A stretch of 63,959 nucleotides of DNA, filler included, from Sphacelaria rigidula (lineage: Eukaryota): NCBI GenBank assembly GCA_964200075.2. It is 8 parts of 8 records of this genome, joined end to end, with 100 filler letters (N's around TTAATTAATTAA, not from the genome) between each part and the next. Parts side by side here need not be neighbours in the genome. Positions count along the whole stretch, not along the records: positions 16,017 to 23,924 come from CAXNAA020013014.1; positions 24,025 to 31,932 come from CAXNAA020013015.1; positions 32,033 to 39,939 come from CAXNAA020013016.1; 5 more parts are not named here. The stretch is one strand, 5' to 3'. The notes under the pieces are model-generated. The model ran no database searches. It saw only the letters and a list, made by a program, of their open reading frames with translations, and was not told the origin of the DNA. Below, piece by piece: positions 22,701 through 37,300 of this stretch (positions are counted from its first letter, which is position 1; every line of letters starts with the position of its first letter). A program made the translations under genes and the position numbers.

Positions 22701-25110
22701 TGTACTCTACAGAAGTATCATCTATCTGCAGTATTGATTGACAACATGTACTTCGCAGTTGGCACTTGCAGTACATTTCTACTGTCAGCATCGCGTAGTG
22801 GACCATGAGACGGTGCACACTGCTAGCAGTGTGTACCACCGTAAAGTTTTATCTTGCAGCGAGCATACCTGCAAGCCCCACTAGAAGATCCGAGCAGCAG
22901 TACGGACGAAAGGGAATTGTGGCGAAGATGGGCCGAGCGGCGTGGATGAATAGTGACCAATTCCGTCCGCCCGTCTTGTCCTGTTGTCCTGAAGGCGCTC
23001 CTTGTCGTGAGAGTTCACGCACAAGGTCACAGGACCAAGCGCGCCGGTTCTCAGCACAGTACAGATAGTACAGGGCGGAAAGATACCCGTTGAAAATGGT
23101 TGACCGGAATACTCTAATACTTCTCTGTCCGGGAATGTAAGATCGGTTGGGACGAAAAGTGGTCTGGGGACCACGATAGTCTTTTTCCGAAACGTTTTCC
23201 CCGTCAGTTTCGCCGCTTTCACGCCGAACGGCCAGAACCGATCTCTTTGGAATTCACCGCCAAAAAAGTGTTCATCACCACAGCAAAAGTCGCTCGCGCA
23301 CACCACCCAAACTTTGAACCTCCGGTCAAAAGCCTTCCCATCTGCTGATGAGGCATGTCCGCTTCTGGGAGTGCCTCTCAGGTGTCAAAACGCAAGGATT
23401 TCAATATAGAATACGAGTAAAGAGAGGAGGTGATTCGGTTCCTCGTTTCAAAACTACCTTGGCGGCTAAACTGCGCTGTCCAAACGACAGATGTACACCG
23501 CTCCCCCGCGAGCGTCTCCATTCTACATCTGGGGCGTTGCTGTCTTCAAAGTGCCCAAAATGCCGCCCCTTAGCCGCACCTTTACGATGCGGGGATGCAC
23601 TTTCAGCGTCCGCAGTTCGTTTCTCTCGTGACTGCGTAGAATCCTAACCCTAACCCTAACCATAGGGATGTTCAAATTCCGATGCGGTCCTCTAAGCACG
23701 CGGTCCTCTCACGCATTACAGAGTATCTACTTCAAGTGGATCTAACGCATTCTGTTCATTCCATTATTTCCTGTGGTGTATACCAGCAGCATGCAGTCAG
23801 TGAGACATATTGGGGTATTGTATCGTTGTGTCTGGGGGATATATTGTACGCTCCAAGGGTCGGACAAATAATGATTCGTTTGAAAATTACTTGGTTTTAG
23901 TATAATGAGTCGATTCGTGACGAANNNNNNNNNNNNNNNNNNNNNNNNNNNNNNNNNNNNNNNNNNNNTTAATTAATTAANNNNNNNNNNNNNNNNNNNN
24001 NNNNNNNNNNNNNNNNNNNNNNNNGGCATCTTATGCGGACGCCTTCCGTGGTCACAGGCTAGCAGAAGAAACCAAAATAAAATAAATTAGACCCAGATTC
24101 AAAAACTCACAAAACGCGATACAAGCAAACGGGAATAAATATGAGAAAGGGAGTACATACTGCTAATCAGCTCAAAAGCTGCTAAAACTTCCTCACACCA
24201 CGGCTTCCCCAGTTGCCCGAATGAACTCGATGTGAGCATATCCCTGTGAAATGTAGACCAACCTGGTGACACACAACATCGCCGCTGAATAAAGAAAAAA
24301 TTGAAAAAAATGTACTGCAATATGTATGACCTTAAAGACGGACGAAGAAAAAAGAGAATCTGTCGTGATTCGAACTCATGACCTCCATAATTGTAGTCTC
24401 CACTTGATATATATAGGTGCAGCAGCGTCACGAAAAATGTTGAACGCACGGCCCAATTCGACGACTCTTGAGCTGAAATTTTAGGCAGACCTCCTGCACC
24501 CAAGGAACTGATATTTCACGTGAGCAGCTGCAAATTCTCATTTTTTCCCTGGACTTCTAACATTATCTTGTTTTTGCTGAAATTTCGAATGCCTTCAACC
24601 TCTCTTTATTTTCATCTCTTCTTTGCTGCTCACGTGATCTTCTGCATTCCCATCATGAAAAGCCACTGTCGAGATTTCAGCATCGAACTCCCAATATCGC
24701 GCCGTGCTTCGCCTGAGCGATTTTCACACCTACTCTTGGCTGGCCCAGCTCGCAATGTATGTAAGAAACGTAATGAGCGCCGGAATGTTGAAGGTGTCTA
24801 TTAGAAATAGGAACGATGCTCCGTCTCGAAAAAAAGATGCGTGGTCAATGGTCAAACGATCAAAGCAATAGATCAGTACGCCCCGCCTGGGACACCGCTG
24901 CGAGGTCAAAAGTCTCATGAACACAGAATGCAAAATCAGGAGTACACCCCCCGATGCCCCCCCCCCCCTCCCTCCCTGCAAAACGCGTCGATTTGAGGGA
25001 AACACGAAAATGTCACCACTTGGCAACCACTTTTCTTCACCCATCGGAGCAAACCCCCGAGACAGACGAATATCCATTATGAATACCTCGGGTACAAGGC
25101 AGCCACAGCC

Positions 25111-25450
25111 GGTCGCCCCGGTGGCTCAGTTGGTGACCTCGAAACCTGACGGTTGGGCCGTGGGGTCGAATCTCGGGAGCAATCTGGGATTTTTTCTCTC
25201 ACAGCCGTTGGTGAAGAGCGACTATCGTCGGTACACGAAGTTCGAGTTAACGGTCGACGAGGGAAAGGGACTGCTGAACCCCTCTTGCGATGAGCGAGCG
25301 CTGCCGAAGATTGACTACTTGTCGCACGTCAGGGTGGAAAAAAAAACAAAAAAAAGTGTTGACAGTCCTTCAGTGGACCCCCGCTGCTGCACGCACATAT
25401 ACCAAAGGTCAAGGCCGGCGCCCAGAATAGATGAAATAACGACACACAAC
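25111..25450 (+). mobile_element. tRNA-derived SINE family A; copies 33544-33906 (-) and 63888-63959 (+, cut by window end)
   Basis: Head ggtcgccccggtggctcagttgg (A box) and ggg(t)tcgaatc (B box), a shared body (ggtcgacgagggaaagg.actgctgaacccctct) and a CA-rich tail. Confidence 0.75.
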
Positions 25451-26006
25451 TTAATGCACGATATGTCGTACCTCGCAGTCTCCCACCTTGAAATCGGGGC
25501 ACTCTCAAGTGGACCACCGATTGATACCGACTGAACGACAACGTGCAGAACGACTGTGGGTCTCAGCGGACCCACTCTAATTTGCCCGTGCAGGCAGGTT
25601 TCCGGAACATGCCTGCGAAGACGCGTTCTTGTCCAAGTCTGACAGCAAAACTCTGTATTGCTTCCCTTGCCCGAGGGTGCTCGGTATGCATTAGGTTGGG
25701 ATTAGGAGTTCACGTTTCAATATCGGTGTATTTCGGTTGCGAACCTGCCTCATGCGTACTTCGGTCCGTTTGTTCCCATTGAAATTCAAGGCAGATTTCA
25801 AACTGCTCCTTGTATATCAAAACTCAAAGCTACACGGGCTGGCCAAAGGGACACCAAATCCCACGGTACAACTATACAGTTCATCTATAAAATCCCCTCA
25901 CGTTCACGGTACCGGATATGCAGCGGGCTCCTCCGCCCCGAGGCATCCGAACTAGATGCTGCAAGCCGTTTGTAATGGGAGACGGGAGTAGCTTCTCTTC
26001 GAAAAA

Positions 26007-26034
26007 GGGTGGTGTTGAGTAAACACCAGGGTTT
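26007..26034 (-). promoter_or_regulatory. Histone mRNA 3' stem-loop-like element of H3
   Basis: Minus strand reads AAACCC-TGGTGTT-TACTC-AACACCA-CCC, ~84 nt after the H3 stop. Matches the element behind H1 at 27 of 28 nt. Confidence 0.8.
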
Positions 26035-26117
26035 TTACTTCCCTTGGAGGATGGTCCCGCACACGAGCGTGCTTGGAACTCTGAAGGTTGGTCGCGGGGG
26101 TCATGGCTACGTCCGAC

Positions 26118-26877
<760 letters not shown>

Positions 26878-28219
26878 ATGCCGACCTACAGTGTGGTGAG
26901 TGTAGATGGTCGGTGATCACGAGTCGATCCTGAGTGGATCTAGGCCAGTCGGTTTCAAACCCCAGTGTCCGAGCTTGGTCCGAGACGTTTTACATAGTGG
27001 ATCGTGTACTGGTTTGGAGTGAGATAATATGCTCTGTCCGCGGACGGAGCGTCCTGGTAGCCAGCGTAACAGACGATTATACACAGTATATCGCAGTAAG
27101 CACAAGTGGTTGTGGGCTGTAGGGGCGTCACTAGCTGCCCCTGCATACATCTCTGAGAGTGCATACTGCAGTTTTGTTTGACGCATGATGGTGTATGTAC
27201 ACTACATGGCCGCCAACTCCGATCACCCTCCGTGCTTCTCAGATGGTCTTTGAGGCCATCAAGGCCCTCAAGGAGCGGAATGGCTCAAGCCTCCAGGCTA
27301 TCAAGAAGTACATGGTCACCACCTACCCTGAGGTGGCCCCCAAGTTCGCGCCTCATCAGCTTCGCAGCGCACTCAAGAAAGGCACCGAGTCCGGGAAATT
27401 CATCAAGGTCAGTCATTATACCCAACGCCTGACACCCAAGTGTGTGATTTGTAATGTTGACCTGCCGTTGATTTCCTCGAGTCGATCATTCTCGATCCTT
27501 GCGCCACGACAAGAATGCGCTGTGCTAGGCTGGGCTGTATACTTGATGACTCGTGCGCTTGTGGGCACACCGTGAGACCTATGCGCCAAAGAATACGGCC
27601 GACCAGTGCTCTTCCATTTCGCACTCTACAGTACAGTGCAGTCAGTCTGGCATACCGCCTGTTGAATTAAACTCACTCCATCGGTAACATTCACCGCTCC
27701 ATTTCATCACAGGGGGGTTCCCTTTGCACACCGTCATCTGCCACACCAGCATTATCCCTCAATTTTGCAGCGCATCTTCGTGTCACCTCGGCCATTTGTC
27801 AGAAACGCATTCGCGTTATGATCCGACTATTATTATTGCAAGTTTGTTATCATGGTCACTGATGTACCACAACTCATCGCCATTTCGCACATCAATCTGG
27901 ATTGCAGGTGAAGAGCTCGTACAAGCTGTCGGCCGAGGCGAAGAAGCCCGCACCGAGGCCTAAAAAAAAAGTAGTGAAGAAGGCGGAGAAGAAGCCCGTC
28001 AAGAAGAAGGGAGTGAAGAAAACCCCGAAAAAGGTGGTGAAAAAGAAGGCCGTCAAGAAGACTGTGACCAAGAAGCCTGCCGGGACCCCCAAGAAGAAGG
28101 TCAAGAAGAAGACCGTGACCAAGAAGACGGGTGGCACCCCCAAGAAGAAAGTCGTCAAGAAAAAGCCCGCTGCGAAGAAGACTGCTCCCAAAAAGGCGGC
28201 CCCCAAGCCGGCCGCCTAA
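26878..28219 (+). CDS. H1: Linker histone H1, 3 exons: 26878-26895, 27243-27407, 27908-28219 (164 aa)
   Basis: Spliced product is MPTYSV|MVFEAIKALKERNGSSLQAIKKY...GKFIK|VKSSYKLS plus a Lys-rich tail with three TPKK sites. Donors are GTGAGT and GTCAGT, acceptors are CAG, and both introns are phase 0. Confidence 0.93.
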
Positions 28220-28279
28220 GTTCCTGTTGGGGGATTCATGCCCCTCCCCCATATCCACTCCACCGGGCAACCACCAAAC

Positions 28280-28307
28280 AAACCCTGGTGTTTCCTCAAC
28301 ACCACCC
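28280..28307 (+). promoter_or_regulatory. Histone mRNA 3' stem-loop-like element of H1
   Basis: AAACCC-TGGTGTT-TCCTC-AACACCA-CCC, 60 nt after the stop, followed by CGAAGGAAA. Confidence 0.8.
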
Positions 28308-29129
28308 ATACTGACGAAGGAAATACGCCACTTACTGCACTTCACCGTTTGGCCATTCTTCAATTTGGCACGTTCGCGGGACGCACGAGAACCCAGGATG
28401 CACCGAAGGCGCGGCGCATTTCTCAGTGGATTACACTTATATTGTGTAAGTTGTACAAGTTTTGCTAGGATTTTCACTCGTGCTTTTTCTGTACAGGGTC
28501 CCTCTAAAACTAAAATGTCACTGTTCTTCACTTTTCCGTGGGTATGTGATGAGTCATGCATACTCTTGTCCGAACCGGTTGGGAACTTAGGTGCTATGTG
28601 CATACGGACACCATATTTTCTTGTGCCCCAGGGTCGTGGAAGGCACGCACGCCCACATGTCTCTTCAAACTCGCGAGGAGTAGGTTCCTCTGCGAAGCCG
28701 TCTTGGCGTGCCTCCTGGGCCTGCTGCAACTGAGTTGGCGTTCTCTGAAACCTCTTCTTTGATGAGAAGGGGTGATACAAGGTTTCGTCAGTGACCACCT
28801 GCTCCTCCGTATCGTAAGTGTCGCTTCGACCCAGAATTAGAGATGCAGCGTGATCGGTCCCTCACTCGAGGGGGCTCGTACCCACGATCCTCAGGAGTCA
28901 GTCACAACCCCGTTTCGCCCGCAAAACGCCTGGGGGGGGGGGAGCATGTTAAGCATGCTACTTGTTATCACCTATCATATGACCATTAGTACAGTAGGTT
29001 ATCATAGGAGAATGAAGGAATTAAAAGCAGCCGAAGCACGATCTTGGCTGTACAGTAATTCATAGGCATGTCGTTTGCCAGCCACCTGTGATACACAATT
29101 ACAATTTTTCACGTTTTTTTTTTCCCTTC

Positions 29130-29430
29130 AATTCTAGGTCCTCCTCTTCCCCGGAACGATGCCGTTGTCTCAAGGGATCAACCCATGTCTCCTCCGCTTC
29201 ACGCCTTCTACTTTCGTATCGCGGATTGGGTTATGACCAGCACTCTCGCACCGCGTCCACTGTCGTCTGACAACTTCAGGCTGACACATCATTCATGTGC
29301 TCACGCTCTCAACAAGGGAAATCAGACATTTACGAGAAAAAAAGTCAAACGAGACGTGTCTGGCGGAAGTCGAACCCGCGTTTTCCTCACCCTAAGTGTG
29401 TCAGCTGTACTATTTACCACGGGGGTGCAG
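29130..29430 (-). mobile_element. tRNA-derived SINE family B; copies ~30165-30460 (-), ~56420-56726 (-), 3' part at 1-80 (+)
   Basis: The minus-strand head has a GGTTCGAC/ATTCC B box. Shared body motifs are cgcggattggatcatgaccagca and ggtctcaagggatcaac. Confidence 0.65.
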
Positions 29431-31132
29431 CGGCTATGAGATACTCACACCAGGGTTCGCGCTCTCCCACCGGAATTCTGCTCGCCGTACACAGCTGCAG
29501 CGCATGGAACAGCAAAAACACAAGAGCATCTACCTTAGGTATCCATCTGCCTTGATCGCCTGTTGCGCTTGGGTGAAGGTCCAGACAAGCGCTCGGCCGC
29601 TAGCACAGAGTTGTAAACGCGCGTAAAAAAAGTGTTACAAAACCACATTTTACCTCCCGAACCCGGGACGTTGGAAGGTGGGAAGTCATTGACTCCTGTG
29701 ACAAAAGCTACTAGCCTCCTCTTTCATTGGCTAGTTCACCTGTCGGATGATATATCTTCAGCGTCCGAACGGTCGCGATTATTCAGACAGCAGGCCCTAA
29801 CCGCCGAGGTGGACATTGAAAATGAAAGGAGGGATACAATATTCCCCGTTGTGTCCGGTAGGGTAACACGTTGGTTCCTTCCTTTCTGTGCTTACATATC
29901 GACCCACATTGTCTTATTTAAGGCGCGGGAAAACGTGAGAACGTCGTGAGGCACTGGATAGACGGTCACTCTTCTTGAATGCCAAAAACTTTACTCGATG
30001 TATACTGTATTTTACTCATAATATGGAACAACTGAATGGTACTACAGTAGTGGTACCTCTACCGTGCGGTACTGTACGGGGTGATCTTTTGTTTTTCTTG
30101 TCCGCTCGGTGATACCGTATATTACTTTTTAATGTTGAATTTATTTTATTTTTATTTGTCGCACTTTGAACCCCTTTCTTTCCTCGGGACGAGTCTGCGG
30201 TCTCAAGGGATCAACACATCTCTCTCCGGTACACGCCTTGCATTTTGGTCTCGCGGATTGGATCATGACTATCAGCACTCCCGCACCGCGTCAATTAACG
30301 TCAAACAACTTCAGTCAACTACTTTGTTTACTCACGCTCTCACGCTCTCCACGGTGGAAATCAGATCCTACAACTAAAAAACCCAACGCGTCGGGAATCG
30401 AACCCTCATTCTTTCCGCCCTAATGGAAACAGTCGGACCATTACACCACACGGGGGCGCGGCGAATGTATGACGGGGTTTTCCATAGGTGGTGTGTGGGA
30501 CATGGTACGGGGGCGGGAAGGTGCGATACCTACCGCTGGAAACTAGGCGGTAGCCGTGGCATCCAATCATGGTGCTGAATATTGACAGAATGGTCAAGCA
30601 TTTTCGTCTCGCGCGTTTTTTTCAAGTGCGGGAACAATGAAGGGTGCGTATTAACCTCCGGTTGTGTGATTGTATGCCACTGGACGTTCTGCTTTCCTCT
30701 ATGGTGACTACAAACTATTAACAGTGAATACCTGTAGCGCGCCCCAGTGTCTTCATCGGAATATGTTCATGCTATCTCTATGTCTGGAGTTGCACGGGTG
30801 AGCGCTGATACAAGTCGTCGGCATTTCAAAGCGTTCCAAGGTTTTAGGCACACGTGAATAGCATGTGTACAGCGTGAACCAGGTTACAAAACGGATGTCG
30901 CAGGATATACTGTAGGCAACCCGACAACGCAGGCAATTACAACTCGATTCGCGCTGAACGCACGTCGTCCAACTGATCCATAGCATACCATAACCTAGGG
31001 CTGCTCCAAAGTGCGGACAACGTGTTCCAGCGTGTTCCAGCCGCCACCCGTGTAAGTAATTTGGTACATAAATACGTCAAGCTCGCAGGAAGTGAAATTA
31101 ATCCGGAGTGAAACACAGTGTTGTACCCGATT

Positions 31133-31340
31133 ATTAGAGAGTTTCGGGAAACGCTTTCTTGTCATTTCAGAGTGCAAATATCTCAGGATCAAAGTGTAAC
31201 GAAAAACCACTTTCCCCTCCGTCAAATGTGGTATCCCCTTAACTTTTTTCTTATGAGTTTGTTTTTATTCTGCACTCTGATCCTGAGATATTTACACCCT
31301 GAAATGACAAAAAGAAAGTGTTTTCCCAAAACTCTCTGAT
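31133..31340. mobile_element. ~205-nt fold-back MITE; second copy 33114-33317
   Basis: TIR ttagagagtttcgg.aaacg...ttgtcatttcagagtgcaaatatctcagg and its reverse complement, present in two different segments. Confidence 0.8.
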
Positions 31341-34300
31341 GCACGAACAGAGTCGCGATAAAGAATCGATAAAGGAAAATGCGACAAGGAAGGTGGAAAA
31401 CGACCGGAGCAAACCGAAAAGCCCTGGGAGAGGGAACTCTCATAGGTCTATAGAGAAGTAAACGACCTCTTCACGGATACATCGATTTCACATTTCCCCG
31501 TTTCGAGCAAGGGGGCACATAGCGACTTTTGCCAGGAGCTATGCCCTTTGCAACTCAAAATTCGGAGAAAACGAGGTGTGTGTGTGCGTTTGCGTGTGTG
31601 TAGTCATGATTTTCATCCCGTAGTCACAAGACGATTGAACTCGCATCCATTCAAAGCCAGGAGGAAGGACGCAGGGCTGTCGCCGGACCAGGTTCACAAA
31701 CACCAAGCGCGAAGGGCCGTGACGTGTTCGGCGCGTCTCATGAGGGGTTACCTGCATCCTCCTAGGATTGTTCGGCCGGAAGCGCACTCATTATCTTGCA
31801 TATCGATGACGACCTCAAGTGAGCGCTTCGTTTTCTGGTATCGCCACTTCTAGAGACAGCCACGGGTTACACATGTTGGTGTGAACAGCCTTTTCAGTGT
31901 AGTCTGCAGTACTGACAAACCACGATACGAAGNNNNNNNNNNNNNNNNNNNNNNNNNNNNNNNNNNNNNNNNNNNNTTAATTAATTAANNNNNNNNNNNN
32001 NNNNNNNNNNNNNNNNNNNNNNNNNNNNNNNNGTGGCACTGTGGTCTGGGGGAGGGCGGGGTGTTGGGTGGTGGGGGGCCCGCTTGCGGGGGGGGGGGGG
32101 GGGGGGGAGGTATCGTGGCGCCAGTCATACCGGGATTTCTGAACCTGCCTTCCACCGCCCCCTCCCCCCCCGCTTTCCTCTCTCAAGGACAAGATGAAAA
32201 TTTCGGGCGTCCAATAGTTACCAATAGTGACAGTATTTTGTTGTTTTTAATCGACATATTTCCATCGTCTCCCTGTATAGTGCAGTGCCTCAAGCAGAGG
32301 CTACAGGAGCACTAACATTCCCCATGTGCGCAGAAATATTTACCGTCGCGCTGCCTACAAAGCTAGGACATCAAAAGCCAAAGCAGTTCCGAATATCTCA
32401 CAACGTGACGATGATCGGGCAGGGTGCGGAGTGTCCATCTCCGTCAGCTTCGACCGAAAAGGTTGGGGGGGGTTGGGATATGCGTAGGTAATTTCTGGCG
32501 AATGGATGCTGTGCCCTTTTAAACGGCCAAATGTCAACTCAAGGGGCGCTAATGCATTTTTCTGACTCTGCCGAAGCCCTCGGCCCAACTTGTAAACATG
32601 GGGAAAAAACTCACATTTGGAGCTTATAAGTACTCTTGAGCCGCCGTGCCAGTTTCTTGAATCCGTTCCCAGGGTGATGTGTCTCCCGTTTAGAGGCATC
32701 AAACACGATGACTTTCTGTTCCGGGAACGGAAAATGACGTCGGCAAGGGGTGGTAACGCAAAATGTGGTTAATGTTTGCAGGGTACCGATGACGCTGGCG
32801 AAGGGTAAACGTGAACGAAGATGTTTTCGAGAAAAGCTTATGTGCGTTTATGGTGTGGAGAATGACCGTTCTGCATGTATTCTTGCGTGCAAGATAATCG
32901 ACGACGGGGGAGGATAGCATTGTTATGTCGTGTGGCTCTTGCCGCCGCCATCGTATGTCCTGGGTGCGGTCTCGTCCTTCTGATGAACTAGAGAGACCAT
33001 TTGGCAAGCATGAGCGGATTGAATCGTTGACCAAGCCTAAAATGGCCTTGTACTTAATGCGCAACTTGCGGTCGCAGGGCAGCTACCTTGCTGCACATTT
33101 TACAGAGTGCGGTATTAGAGAGTTTCGGAAAACGCTTTTTGTCATTTGAGAGTGCAAATATCTCAGGGTCAGAGTGTAACGAAAAATTATCCCGCCCTCC
33201 GTCAAACGTGGTTTCCCCTTGAATTTTTTTTCGTTGAGGTGTTTTTGTCTTCTGCACTCTGATCCAGAGAGATTTGCCCTCTGAAATGACAAAAACCGTT
33301 TCCCGAAACTCTCTATTGGTGAACCCTGACGTAAACGGACGCATTGTTCATGCAACACAGGCGCCAAACAACATCAAGAGAGCAATGATAAATGATCTGA
33401 ATGCGAAAACTAATGCAGAGTCAGGGATTAACAACAAGATACTCGTGTAAGACGGGGGGGGCACCACTTATGTACGGACGGCAGGCAAAGCGTCTACTGT
33501 ATCTCCAACCGCACTACTGTACCCGATGCGACCACTTTGGTAAGTGTGTGTTGATGTGTGTTGTCGTCCCATCTATTCTGGACGCCGGTCTACACCGTTC
33601 GGTATATGTGGGTGCACCAGCCGGGGTCACACAGGAGAAAGGTCTACACAGGAGCTTGTTCTTTTTTATTTGTTTTTGGTATCCTACCTTCCTTGTGCGG
33701 TTCTTCCCTTTATTTTTTGTCGCGAGAGGGGTTCAGCAGTTCCTTTCCCTCGTCGACCATTAAGTCGAATTCCGTGTACCCACGACATAGTCGCTCTCCA
33801 TTGTTGGGCATGGTGTGAGAAAAAATCCCAGATCGCTCCGAGAATTAAATCTACGACCCGACCGTCAGAAGGTTTCGAGGTTACCAACTGAGCCACCGGG
33901 GCGACCAGACGAATAATCTTGACCGAAAAAATCACGTGGACAATATGCTCGATGGTGTCCAATACGTCGATCGAAAGTTGGAACGTGCAGCGTAAAATGT
34001 CAAGATAACAGCCCTGCCTAAACAAATCGACCAGCTCGCAAGAAAAACCCGATAAATAATAACTGGACGGTCCTGTATGGTTATCGACCGAATCAGCGAC
34101 AGCATCAGCGTGGAGCTGTGCATCAAGAGGCGTTTCGCTTGCGCCACCCCACGACGTCCATCTCGGTAAATTCGAATGCCCGATGTGCCTTGACGTGAAT
34201 CAGGACTTCACTGTCCCTAGAAAGACTTGAATCCTTATCTCAAAAATATCTTGTGCCCCGTGTCGAGATTTCGCCGCGCAAGCAAGGCGGGGAAACCGCG

Positions 34301-37300
34301 CATGATAAGTAGTGCTGTTGACAACAATATGTGTGTATATATTTATATATTATTCTCAGTGGTACCAGGTGACCTGTACCGTATCGGCCCGCAGGGGAAA
34401 AGTCCCTTGTTTCCTGGAACACGACAAATTTCTTACTACGCGGGGCCCACACCGGCAACCTATACGTATGCACGAGAAGTCGTGCAAGGCGGAACAGCCA
34501 TCTACCCCGACAGTCGACAATATTTCGCTGGAGTCATGGGGTGTCCACACCATACCAGAAGACACACTTGGACATACATGATATCTTCGATTACACCGCT
34601 GTAGCTGGAGTGTGCTGTAATTGCCACCTCTCTTCATATTCGGCACGCGTACTCTTTGCCTAGCAAGTCCAAGACCCGCCCGTCTCGAACTGTGTTCATT
34701 TTCAATTCCTGTCCGGGGTATTGTCATACGGTTTACTGGATAGGCGGGGGCCCTTCGCACCACCTGCGATCACTCCACAGCACGTCACAGTCTTGCCTCC
34801 CGGCAAGACTCGTCCAGCTCCTACCCATGGGGCGTCTTGCACGTCTTTTCAACCTCGCAGAGTAAGAAGCTACTGATCATGCACCGACAGCTCTTGGTAA
34901 CGCGAGAGCGTACCCGCTATCCATGGGTCCCTCTTATTACGTTAGCATCGACGATCTATTGGACGAGGCAGGAGATACACCACTAACAAAACACGAGAAT
35001 CAGACGTACGTACGCACAAACATGGCACAAGGGGGGCGCGACTCAGGGAGCCGCTACCCTTGACCGTGCACGTTTTCGGAAAATCGAAAACGTGTAGTGT
35101 TCTTGGCCGAGGCATGAAAAGCGCGGTATCATGCCATCACCTTCCGGCATTGAGGCACGAGCCAGTGGTCTTGTCAAATCAATCATCTAACGCTGATCAA
35201 AAGTGTTGCAGGACTAGATGACGCCGGGTGTTTGTTGACTGACGCCCTGCTAACACCGCCATTGTGACCATCAATCCCTTCGATCGTGTCGGGACCGCAC
35301 CCTGACAGGGGTGAGAGACCGGACACGACGGAACTCCGTTGATTGCTGCGACCTCACTTGAACGTAGTTATGTATCGTATTTTCTCACCCTCGGCAAGTG
35401 TCACTCACATACTGTCGTACCAAACTGACGGTTCCTAAGCCCTGTTGGTGTTACTACTGTACCTCTTGAACTTGACTAGGGCAGAAGCTCATAAGAGTAG
35501 GGTGGCGCGCGCACTGCGCCAAATTGACAGGGGGTTTCAGTGGATTTAACTCACACACTGTCTTGAGCGAAGCTTCCCGAGCGCTCGAGGTGCTTACCCC
35601 ATATGACCACCACACGGTGGTCGAACCGACACTTCGAGTACTCGGCACACTAACCCGCTCGCGGGATAGGTGTTGGGCGAGGTTTCCTCCTTCCTTCAAG
35701 GAGCAAAACAAATGTACACGCGCACCTTCACCGGTCGGCCCAGCCTTACTCTGTCTTGACAAAGCACCCGCTTCTGACACAACTACTCACAACAGTCCCA
35801 AACTGCACGACGTCCTACCCTACGTCAAAAATTGCCGACGTAATATCGACCTGTCGCGCGTGTGTTTCGATGCGCTGCTGCTGTGTAACCCCTTGTCAAG
35901 TGGTATAGCCGGTACACTCTGTCTACCCTCGACCATTCGACGCGGTTGATCATACTGACATCCGCGCTCGATAGACGAGCGACCACTATCGCGGTGTGAA
36001 ACGGACTCATGTATTGCGGGTACACTTTCACTGTAGCCAGCACTGTCGGCACGTAAACAATGGCGTCTCGTGTTGTGCATTGTGCGGTTCAAGACACGTA
36101 CAATACACCCCATGGGTAGGAGCTGGATGCGTGTTGCTCGAAGGTAAGACAGGAGCATGCTGTGGAGTGACACAGGTGGGGCGGAGGTCCTCGCCTATTC
36201 AGTAAGCAGTACGACAATGCCCGGGCAGGGAGGGACAATCAAAGCAGTTCGAGACGGAGGACTCTTGGGTTCGCGGGTAGACATGTCGGATTTGAAGAAG
36301 TGTAGTAATCACAGCATGTCCCAGATACAGGGGTGTTATCCGGTTTCTCCGCAGTTGCTGAAGGAACCAAGAGTTCACCACTCAGTACGCAGACGACGTG
36401 TCAAGAGGAAGCTCCACGCAGCTAGCTCAGGACGCAGCCTGTTCCATTACCCTACAGGAGGCCCCTTACTTTGTCATGTGCGGTCATCCTGCCCTAATGC
36501 CGAAATGCGCCATACTTGGAGTTGCGTCCACAGTAGCCCCGCAGTCACAGCCAAAGTATAAGACGGCTGCTGTGGTACGATCACAACTCGCGTACGAGTT
36601 GATCCGTCGTAATCTCGAAGCATGGTCTGACTCCCAAGCATCAAGTAATCCCATCTCTTCCTGGTTTCAATACGAGTGATCAAGTCTTGTTCCACCACCC
36701 GTACGCGCATAGCGATGCACCCAGTTCCAAAGTCATTGGTCCCTGGCATGGTTCATATAGCGTCCGACCACAGCTACTCCCCTATTTGGAAGAATGTAAC
36801 CGTACCGTTTGCTTTTTTCTGTTCTGCTCCCGATTTCACAGCCTTTAGTGGCGTTATTTAGGCGATGGTTTCCCTGCTCACGACCTGGAGGGGTTAGTCA
36901 CCACCGTCAGGATGGGTCCCCGCGCGATCAAAGACATTGATGTCTCCAAACACGGTGTCAGCAGCGCCTCAGTCACCAACTACCAGCACCGGTTAGTCCT
37001 GCAAGGTTTTCCAGCTGCCCTAGGTGTTTGGAAGCATCACCGGCTTGTGCCCCAAGCGTTGGGAGGTGACAGCGTCGTACCGCGCTGGTGCCGTGGCTAC
37101 CCTACAGTCTCCGTCATGTTCCACAAGCTCGGCCGAGGGTGGCGATACCTTCAGTCGTGTCCCCTTGTGCCACGTTCGTGTGAAAGCATGCTCCAAACAC
37201 GTTTTTCTTATTGATATATTCCCCGTCTCGTACATAAACGTGCCGCATCTTGTGATACATTCTCTTCGGGTAAAATGTCGCAGTGCGACCTAGTGTGTCT

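Noticed and set aside
27833-28798. 321-aa minus ORF and other ORFs overlapping H1/H3
   Set aside because: Antisense or alternate frames of the histone genes with no recognisable domain.
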